Virus record (IMG/VR): IMGVR_UViG_3300010366_000041
Span: 1 to 31,178 of that record
Direction: 5' to 3' (one strand)
DNA length: 31,178 nucleotides
Source of the DNA: a virus
Lineage: Duplodnaviria > Caudoviricetes
Position 1 is the stretch's first letter. Each line of letters opens with the position of its first letter. The notes below the pieces were generated by a model. That model was not told the DNA's origin, did no database searches, and was given only the letters and a program-made list of their open reading frames with translations. The position numbers were made by a program, and so were the translations under genes. Positions 1-5,538 of the stretch are shown piece after piece.

Positions 1-17
1 AGCGGAACATGGGCATG

Positions 18-254
18 TTAGATCCTTTCGCTGAACCCCGGATTGTAGACCCAGATGGTCTTGGGGTTGTGTGTGTAACCACTGGTGTGATAGCGCATGA
101 GGTCCTCACCTCGATAGATCAGACCCCAACAGGTGCCACCCCAGTCGTTGGTGTACTCCACGATCTTGACGACGCGCAGGTGCTCATCGCCAGGGTAGAT
201 ACCATCGCCTTCAATGATGGTGTCTACCATCGCTTTGTTGTTGACGGTTGCCAT
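18..254 (-). CDS. Hypothetical early phage protein (78 aa)
   Basis: ORF with SD-like GAGGGG upstream; follows 264..611 on the - strand. Another SD+ATG at 16 runs off the window edge. Confidence 0.7.
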   Translation of the reverse strand: MATVNNKAMVDTIIEGDGIYPGDEHLRVVKIVEYTNDWGGTCWGLIYRGEDLMRYHTSGYTHNPKTIWVYNPGFSERI

Positions 255-263
255 GGTCCCCTC

Positions 264-611
264 TCAGTTGTTGGGCGAGTTGAGCAGAATCAACAGACGC
301 TCGATGACCTCACTGTGGCCTGTTTTGTAGCCTGTTGAATGACCGACTTGGTAGCCTGCCATCCACCATCGAAAGGCAGCCTTGCGCTCCTCATCGGCGT
401 CGATCATCCACGGAAAGTGCAGCTCGCAATCGGGGTCAGCGTCCTCGAGTTCAATGATGGACGGGTAAAATGCTGACCCTGACCGCTCCTTTGCCTTGAT
501 TTGGCATGTGCAGGGATGCTCCTGCTCATCTCTGGCGATTTCACGATGAGCCTCGTCGTAGCGATAGTCCTCAGCCTTGTTGTCGAAGGACTTGACATCG
601 GTTAGATCCAT
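264..611 (-). CDS. Hypothetical early protein with CxC...DPDCxxH putative metal-binding motif
   Basis: Strong SD AAAGGAGGTGA and its own promoter (656-684); HPCTC and DPDCELH motifs. Confidence 0.8.
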   Translation of the reverse strand: MDLTDVKSFDNKAEDYRYDEAHREIARDEQEHPCTCQIKAKERSGSAFYPSIIELEDADPDCELHFPWMIDADEERKAAFRWWMAGYQVGHSTGYKTGHSEVIERLLILLNSPNN

Positions 612-655
612 TTAGTTTCTCACCTCCTTTCGTTGGTGTTTCGTACATCACTCAC

Positions 656-684
656 ATCATATCAATTCCGTACACTCAATGCGC
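656..684 (-). promoter_or_regulatory. Early-type promoter GCGCAT-N17-TATGAT with extended -10 (TGn)
   Basis: Reverse complement reads GCGCATTGAGTGTACGGAATTGATATGATGTG; same motif as the promoters at 732, 1194 and 2961. Confidence 0.7.
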
Positions 685-703
685 CACAGGGAGAATGGTT
701 ACA

Positions 704-741
704 AACTATTTACTTACCTTATGGCCAGTAGGTGCATTGGT
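704..741 (+). repeat. 38-bp direct repeat, copy 1 (AACTATTTACTTACCTTAtGGCCaGTaGGTGCATTGGT)
   Basis: 35/38 identical to 1166-1203. Confidence 0.9.
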
Positions 742-759
742 TGTGCGGTTTGATACGAT
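732..759 (+). promoter_or_regulatory. Early-type promoter GTGCAT-N16-TACGAT with extended -10
   Basis: Motif shared with the other cassette promoters; upstream of SD AAGGAG and ATG 801. Confidence 0.7.
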
Positions 760-800
760 GTATGTGTTGAACGAACCGCCATCGAACTGAAGGAGATCTA

Positions 801-995
801 ATGATCGCTAAACCGCACACCGTCGTGCTTGTCGATCGAATCCCGAACTGCAACTTCTGCGATAACCCAGGTCCGTATGACTTCAAGACGCTGATGGGTC
901 CGTGGGCGCATGGTTGTGAGACTCACTACAAGCTGTACCGTGCATACCCCGAGTTGGGCGTCGGAAAGGGGCAGTTGTGGGTCGTCGAAGCATAA
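801..995 (+). CDS. Small Cys/His putative Zn-binding phage protein
   Basis: CNFC...YDFKT.MGPWAHGCETH...GVGKGQ pattern; SD AAGGAG. Confidence 0.8.
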   Translation: MIAKPHTVVLVDRIPNCNFCDNPGPYDFKTLMGPWAHGCETHYKLYRAYPELGVGKGQLWVVEA

Positions 996-1156
996 TTGAC
1001 ATCCTTGACAACTATCCGTGGGAGCACAAGCCTGGGTTCATCTATGATATCCTTGCATTCCTGTGGGCTTTCGGTGCATGTGTAATCCTCACGGCTGCAT
1101 TCTCTGTGGTCATCGTGATTGCTGCCTTCATCCTCCACATGATTGGTGGGAGGTGA
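977..1156 (+). CDS. Small membrane protein, 59 aa (not in ORF track)
   Basis: GTG start after AAAGGGG; MGRRSIIDILDNYPWEHKPGFIYDILAFLWAFGACVILTAAFSVVIVIAAFILHMIGGR has a long hydrophobic segment. Confidence 0.65.
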   Translation: MGRRSIIDILDNYPWEHKPGFIYDILAFLWAFGACVILTAAFSVVIVIAAFILHMIGGR

Positions 1157-1165
1157 TAATTGACG

Positions 1166-1203
1166 AACTATTTACTTACCTTAAGGCCGGTGGGTGCATT
1201 GGT
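1166..1203 (+). repeat. 38-bp direct repeat, copy 2
   Basis: 35/38 identical to 704-741. Confidence 0.9.
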
Positions 1204-1221
1204 GTGTGGAGTTGATATGAT
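1194..1221 (+). promoter_or_regulatory. Early-type promoter GTGCAT-N16-TATGAT with extended -10
   Basis: Shared motif; leader ACGAAACACCA...CGAAAGGA matches the leader of the 611 gene. Confidence 0.7.
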
Positions 1222-1269
1222 GTGCGTGATGAACGAAACACCACATCAACCGAAAGGAACTGCTTCACC

Positions 1270-1683
1270 ATGATGTATCCATACCCACAGTTCAACCACA
1301 TCAGCGCTGACGTTCACGTTTCAACGGAACTTGCGTCGATGGTGTGCGGGGAATTCGTATTCCCTGCGGAAATGCCACATGAGCTGCGCATTCAGCGCAT
1401 CTTCGCCCTCAACGAGCTGTACCGAACCGTACAACGAATCGGCGACCTCGAACATACATCGGATTGGGATTGGTCCGTGATTGTTGAGGACGATGAGGGC
1501 GTCTTGCATGGCGATGGCGGGGATGAAATCGGATTCCCGTATCAGGTCGAACCCGAGGACTACACGTCGGGATTCTCACGTTGGGAGGTTCTGAACGTTA
1601 TGAACCTGAATGGCGATGGCGATGAGTTCTACTCACAGGTCGCTATCGACTCTATCCGCAAAATCACCATTGAGGAGCTGTGA
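1270..1683 (+). CDS. Acidic hypothetical early protein
   Basis: Start reassigned to ATG 1270 after SD GAAAGGA; the track start at 1222 lies at the promoter/transcription start. Confidence 0.75.
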   Translation: MMYPYPQFNHISADVHVSTELASMVCGEFVFPAEMPHELRIQRIFALNELYRTVQRIGDLEHTSDWDWSVIVEDDEGVLHGDGGDEIGFPYQVEPEDYTSGFSRWEVLNVMNLNGDGDEFYSQVAIDSIRKITIEEL

Positions 1684-2024
1684 TGACTGATCAGGAGTTC
1701 TGTTCCTACGCAGGTGTCTATCAGGCGTACGCATGGCATCAGGGATTCCGAAGCAGGCCGACTGAATTCCGTATTCCCGACGAGCACTTCTCATACTCCC
1801 GATCCTACGACGAGACAGGCTTCGACCTCGTTAAGTTCTTCGAGGTTGTAGCAGAAATTGACGATGGCGGGATTCATCAATGGCAGATGCGTGTGCAGGA
1901 CTTCGATACAATCCTCACGCTCGCCTGCACGGAGGATGATTCGATGACCTACATGCTTGAGGCAACACGCCAGGAGTTCTACACTGCATTCGAGATGCTC
2001 GAAACTCTGAAGGCTAACGCGTAG
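1680..2024 (+). CDS. Hypothetical protein
   Basis: Start overlaps the stop of the previous gene (GTGATGA). Confidence 0.75.
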   Translation: MMTDQEFCSYAGVYQAYAWHQGFRSRPTEFRIPDEHFSYSRSYDETGFDLVKFFEVVAEIDDGGIHQWQMRVQDFDTILTLACTEDDSMTYMLEATRQEFYTAFEMLETLKANA

Positions 2025-2083
2025 ACTTAACAGTTTAGGTGAGTCCTACGTAGGCATCGTGTATTCGGAGTAAGTAGGACTCT

Positions 2084-2112
2084 TTGACATAGAGATGCGG
2101 ACGATGTATAAT
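2084..2112 (+). promoter_or_regulatory. Perfect sigma70/SigA consensus promoter TTGACA-N17-TATAAT
   Basis: TTGACA 2084-2089, TATAAT 2107-2112; preceded by inverted repeat GAGTCCTAC (2041-2049)/GTAGGACTC (2074-2082). Confidence 0.9.
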
Positions 2113-2118
2113 CGCACG

Positions 2119-2616
2119 ATGGCTGTTAACTCAGTGGCTTTCGCTCCAAAGGGCCAAAATGGGGGCTTTCCTGAGCGGAAAGGCCGTCTTCCGATGGCAA
2201 AACTCTCTCGCCGGGAGTACCAAGACCTCAGAATAGCCTGTGCAAGAGCGTTAGCACAAGGATTTCGCCCATATCAGGTCGGTAGAGCGCTTGCCAGCAA
2301 GTTCGCACCTCAGGCAGAGCTGAAAGGCCGAGACCTAGAGAAGTGGGCTATGAAGAAGATCCGCAGCTGGATGCGTGATGACTCTGAGTTCCGTGACCTC
2401 ATCTACGAGATTGCTGTGGTAGAGCTCGATCTGAAGACTCCACTCATCTTCGGCGGACTCGCGCAGTCAGCGATGAAGGGTCGTGTAGACGCGGCGAAAC
2501 TCGCTCTAGAGATTACAGGAAGGCACACGAGTCAGGCACAGACTGTCACCGCGGTTCAGATCAACCTGAGGAACGTGGACAGGCCAGCAATAGACTCCGC
2601 TCAGACGGAGGGCTAA
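2119..2616 (+). CDS. terS: Putative terminase small subunit (HTH-like N-terminus plus oligomerisation helix)
   Basis: KKIRSWMRDDSEF helix followed by AMKGRVDAAKLALEITGRH and a beta-like tail, typical of TerS-like proteins; start 2119 (leaderless) or 2194 (SD GAAAGG). Confidence 0.6.
   Translation: MAVNSVAFAPKGQNGGFPERKGRLPMAKLSRREYQDLRIACARALAQGFRPYQVGRALASKFAPQAELKGRDLEKWAMKKIRSWMRDDSEFRDLIYEIAVVELDLKTPLIFGGLAQSAMKGRVDAAKLALEITGRHTSQAQTVTAVQINLRNVDRPAIDSAQTEG
2592..2606 (+). repeat. 15-bp direct repeat AGACTCCGCTCAGAC, copy 1 (3' end of terS)
   Basis: Exact copy at 3056-3070; both followed by nnAGGGC. Confidence 0.85.
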
Positions 2617-2646
2617 ATGTGCCTAGCTTAATGGCCGGCACGGAAG

Positions 2647-2683
2647 AAAAAAGAGAGACCGCGTTGGACGCGGCCCCTCTTTT
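2647..2683. terminator. Intrinsic terminator, probably bidirectional
   Basis: AAAAAAGAGAGACCGCGT-TGG-ACGCGGCCCCTCTTTT between convergent terS and HTH gene. Confidence 0.85.
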
Positions 2684-2684
2684 G

Positions 2685-2930
2685 CTACGCCTTGACGGTC
2701 GCCTTGCGAGTGCGAGCCTTCGGCGCCTCCTTCGCTGCGGATCCCGCCACGTTCTTGGCGAAATACTCGCGAGCTGCCTTCGCAACGTCCTCGGGGATAA
2801 TCCAGGACGTGTTCTTCCGCTCGGCAGGGCGAGCGTGGAACTTGCGCAGGTACGCACGAAGGACCTTCGCGTCGATGCCAATGTCGGCCGCAAGCTCCTT
2901 GGGCGTGTAGGACTTCTTAGCAACTGCCAT
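2685..2930 (-). CDS. Small HTH-like DNA-binding protein A (81 aa) with Lys/Ala-rich tail
   Basis: YTPKELAADIGIDAKVLRAYLRK HTH pattern; SD AAAGGAGGTGA; paralog of 3261..3458. Confidence 0.8.
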   Translation of the reverse strand: MAVAKKSYTPKELAADIGIDAKVLRAYLRKFHARPAERKNTSWIIPEDVAKAAREYFAKNVAGSAAKEAPKARTRKATVKA

Positions 2931-2960
2931 GTGATTCACCTCCTTTCGATTCATGCCCAC

Positions 2961-2989
2961 ATCATAACACACAGGAACTACCAGTGCAC
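2961..2989 (-). promoter_or_regulatory. Early-type promoter GTGCAC-N17-TATGAT with extended -10
   Basis: Reverse complement GTGCACTGGTAGTTCCTGTGTGTTATGATGTG. Confidence 0.7.
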
Positions 2990-3055
2990 CGAATCGGCGG
3001 AGGTTTACAAACCTTTAATGAGACTTAAGGCCGAGACCTCACACACACTCCGTGA

Positions 3056-3070
3056 AGACTCCGCTCAGAC
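3056..3070 (+). repeat. 15-bp direct repeat AGACTCCGCTCAGAC, copy 2
   Basis: Exact copy of 2592-2606. Confidence 0.85.
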
Positions 3071-3221
3071 CAAGGGCCACAAGGACAGTGGTGGGCTCGG
3101 ACTTATGGCCGGCGCCGAAAACCCGCCTTTATGGGCGGGTCATGACGACGAGGATGGCGAGGGCGAGCGCGCAAGGGCCGACCACGTATATGTAGAATTC
3201 GATCATATTCGTGTGATCGAA

Positions 3222-3250
3222 CGGGGGAGCGATCGTATGACCGCTCCCCG
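3222..3250 (-). terminator. GC-rich hairpin downstream of HTH gene B (putative terminator)
   Basis: Minus strand GGGGAGCGGTC-ATAC-GATCGCTCCCC with one G-U pair; weak U tract. Confidence 0.6.
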
Positions 3251-3260
3251 CATTCGTTCG

Positions 3261-3458
3261 CTACTTCGCGCTCCCGGCGACGTTCTTGGCGAACGCCTTG
3301 CGAGCGGCATTCGCGACCGATTCCGGAATGATCCAGGTCGTATTCTTCGCGGCATCCTCGCGCGTATGATTCTTGCGAAGGTATGCGCGAAGCACCTTCG
3401 GATCGACGCCGATTTCGTTCGCGAGAACCTTCGGCGAGTATGTCTTTGCAGTAGCCAT
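3261..3458 (-). CDS. Small HTH-like DNA-binding protein B (65 aa)
   Basis: YSPKVLANEIGVDPKVLRAYLRK; SD GAAAGGA; about 45/65 identical to protein A by hand alignment. Confidence 0.8.
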   Translation of the reverse strand: MATAKTYSPKVLANEIGVDPKVLRAYLRKNHTREDAAKNTTWIIPESVANAARKAFAKNVAGSAK

Positions 3459-3492
3459 TCGTTCGTGTCCTTTCGTTCGATTGCTTACAGTC

Positions 3493-3521
3493 ACCATAGT
3501 AGCGCATATGTGCATATGCGT
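3493..3521 (-). promoter_or_regulatory. Promoter ACGCAT-N17-TATGGT overlapped by palindrome CGCATATG-TG-CATATGCG (3503-3520)
   Basis: Variant of the shared early promoter with a perfect 8-bp inverted repeat. Confidence 0.55.
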
Positions 3522-3741
3522 TGTTCGAATGATGCAAACGTTTTGTATGGAGTTTGTAAGCATAGTTCGCACGAACGTTCGTTCGCATTCGTTCGTTCGC
3601 AATTCGTCGATGCTTGCGCTGTCAACAATGTCCCCCCTGCCACGTGTGCGAGGGAGGCGTCGATGGGTTTCGTTTTGCGCGCGGAGCGAAGCGAGAGGAA
3701 CCTAAGAGCCGTCACTAAGTGGATGCCACTACAGAGGTCCT

Positions 3742-3867
3742 ATGCCTGCTAGATCTCAAGCGCAACGACGGTGGGCGTTCGCGGTAAAGGGTGCCGCTTG
3801 GGCCAAGCGCCATCACTTCAACAACAAAGGCAAGCTACCAGCTCGGGCCAGAAAGCGTAGACACTAA
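3742..3867 (+). CDS. Basic micro-protein, 41 aa (not in ORF track)
   Basis: MPARSQAQRRWAFAVKGAAWAKRHHFNNKGKLPARARKRRH; SD AGAGG; TAATG coupling to the next gene; resembles the MP.KS.AQRRW type seen near phage head genes. Confidence 0.7.
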   Translation: MPARSQAQRRWAFAVKGAAWAKRHHFNNKGKLPARARKRRH

Positions 3868-4154
3868 TGCCGACCGGCAAGGCTGTGGAATACAAGCGAC
3901 TTACCCAGGAGGAGCTGAAAGGCGGTTATCAGCTTGACCCTCCAGCTGACGCTTATCGTGTCTATGTGGCTTGCGAGCAAGGGCTTGTACGATGGGCCTA
4001 TTCCAGCGAGCAGGCCATCCCATCAAACCCGCACATCGGCTTCCCGCTCTTCGGAGGAGACACCGACGAGTTCGACACGGACCTCGCCCACCTACAGCTG
4101 TGGTCAGGAGCACTCGACACCATCGCTCACCTCTACTACTTCGGGAGTGCATGA
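3867..4154 (+). CDS. Hypothetical protein (95 aa, predicted beta-rich, possible virion component)
   Basis: Translationally coupled on both sides. Confidence 0.7.
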   Translation: MPTGKAVEYKRLTQEELKGGYQLDPPADAYRVYVACEQGLVRWAYSSEQAIPSNPHIGFPLFGGDTDEFDTDLAHLQLWSGALDTIAHLYYFGSA

Positions 4155-4330
4155 TGAGCCAACCCGCGCACGTACCTTGGAGTTGGAAATTCGTCTTCCT
4201 CATCGGCGCCATCGTCTGCTTTGTCATCGCGCTACTCATCTCAACCGGAGTCTTCACATCAGACACCCGTGACTCATGGGCGATCGGTGGCCTCCTCTCC
4301 CTCACCCTGTACCTCGGACCCATTCCGTAG
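4151..4330 (+). CDS. Small two-TM membrane protein (59 aa)
   Basis: ATGA overlap, SD GGGAG; two hydrophobic segments. Confidence 0.7.
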   Translation: MMSQPAHVPWSWKFVFLIGAIVCFVIALLISTGVFTSDTRDSWAIGGLLSLTLYLGPIP

Positions 4331-4332
4331 TC

Positions 4333-4524
4333 ATGGCTCGTAAACGCGGTGGCCTCAACATCAAGATCAAGAAGAAGAACCAGGGAGCGCTTCACCGCAC
4401 TCTCGGAGTCAAGAAGGGGAAGAAACTCACGTCCAGTCAGATCGCAAAGGCCAAGCGCTCCAAGAATCCGCTCACGCGGAAGCGCGCTACCTTCGCGGCC
4501 AACGCGCGTAAGTGGAAGCACTGA
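4333..4524 (+). CDS. Highly basic small protein (63 aa, 22 K/R, no D/E)
   Basis: IKKKNQGALHRTLGVKKGKKL...RKRATFAANARKW, a recurrent small phage protein type; start reassigned to ATG 4333. Confidence 0.8.
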   Translation: MARKRGGLNIKIKKKNQGALHRTLGVKKGKKLTSSQIAKAKRSKNPLTRKRATFAANARKWKH

Positions 4525-4766
4525 TGGATACCAATCACCCATACACGGTCTACGTCATGTATGGCGACGAGAAGAGTGACATCTGCCTCGGTGGCAGCTA
4601 CGATCAGCCCTCAGCTGTGGCGATCGCTTGTGCTCTCTTCACCACTCTCTACCAGCCCGGGCACGCTCCAAGCGACGGGCTCGCTGTCTTCGACTCCACT
4701 AACACTCTCATCGCCGCCATCACCTCCAACACAGTCGCCGCCTCAGGTCCGGCACCTCTCGAATGA
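4524..4766 (+). CDS. Hypothetical protein (80 aa)
   Basis: TGATG coupling to the upstream stop. Confidence 0.65.
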   Translation: MDTNHPYTVYVMYGDEKSDICLGGSYDQPSAVAIACALFTTLYQPGHAPSDGLAVFDSTNTLIAAITSNTVAASGPAPLE

Positions 4767-4906
4767 AGCATAAGGGCTTCAAACACCACTCCAGCATTCA
4801 CAAGACTGGCTACCCGAGCGCTGGTCCCAAACCCAGACCCACGAGTATCGGACGACCGACGAACGTCTTCCGCAAACCGAGGAGGAAAGGCTTTGGCTCC
4901 CGTTAA
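4763..4906 (+). CDS. Basic His/Lys/Arg-rich micro-protein, 47 aa (not in ORF track)
   Basis: ATGA overlap; MKHKGFKHHSSIHKTGYPSAGPKPRPTSIGRPTNVFRKPRRKGFGSR fills the gap exactly. Confidence 0.6.
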   Translation: MKHKGFKHHSSIHKTGYPSAGPKPRPTSIGRPTNVFRKPRRKGFGSR

Positions 4907-5141
4907 GAAGCCCAAAAGCACGACTGCACATCCAGGCTACCCCGTTAGTGGGCCGCCTGCGGCTGAAGGTCAGCCCGGTCCCACTCCCATGCCCCTACTC
5001 GGACCCACACCTGGCGGGCCAGGTCCTGGCGCTGTCTTCCCCGCTCCCCCAGGCACAGGCACTCATTCTCAGCCTCTACACCCTCACACAGGCAAGCACG
5101 AGCACACCCACAGCCAGCCCAAGCATCCTGCCGAGAGGTAA
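4893..5141 (+). CDS. Pro/Gly/His-rich disordered protein
   Basis: TTG start with strong SD GGAGGAAAGG. Confidence 0.6.
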   Translation: MAPVKKPKSTTAHPGYPVSGPPAAEGQPGPTPMPLLGPTPGGPGPGAVFPAPPGTGTHSQPLHPHTGKHEHTHSQPKHPAER

Positions 5142-5144
5142 CCG

Positions 5145-5537
5145 ATGTCAACGTACCCCTACAGCCGAGATATCATCGCCCCAGGCAAGCGCCTGTACTC
5201 TGACAGAGTTACGGGTCAGTCAGTACTCACAGGCCAGTCCAGCGTCGTAGATGTTGAGACCAGTGGAAGCTCACGGCTCACGGTGCAGGGCGATCTGACG
5301 GGTGCTGCCATTGGCGATCTTGCGATCACTGTGCAGCCTTACCTGGAGGACAACATCACACTCAGCAACGTCGTGCTCACGCCAGTGCAGGCACCAGCCA
5401 ACGTGTTAGGTGGCGGGCACGTCTCCTCCTACGCGGAGTACGACATTACCGGACTCGGCCGGTGTCGTATTCTCGCCAAGAACAACAACGCAGGCACACA
5501 GACCCTCGGCCTAAGCTGGCGGTGTAGCGGCATCTAG
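5145..5537 (+). CDS. Predicted beta-sandwich protein, possible virion accessory
   Basis: SD GAGAGG; alternating beta-strand pattern. Confidence 0.7.
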   Translation: MSTYPYSRDIIAPGKRLYSDRVTGQSVLTGQSSVVDVETSGSSRLTVQGDLTGAAIGDLAITVQPYLEDNITLSNVVLTPVQAPANVLGGGHVSSYAEYDITGLGRCRILAKNNNAGTQTLGLSWRCSGI

Positions 5538-5538
5538 C

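Noticed and set aside
704-1203. 38-bp repeats as a CRISPR mini-array
   Set aside because: Only two copies, 462 bp apart, with genes between them; they contain promoter elements; no cas genes.
2619-3752. 377-aa + strand ORF with an apparent internal repeat
   Set aside because: Antisense shadow of the two HTH paralogs. It crosses terminators and promoters and lacks an SD, while the - strand genes have strong SDs and conserved protein motifs.
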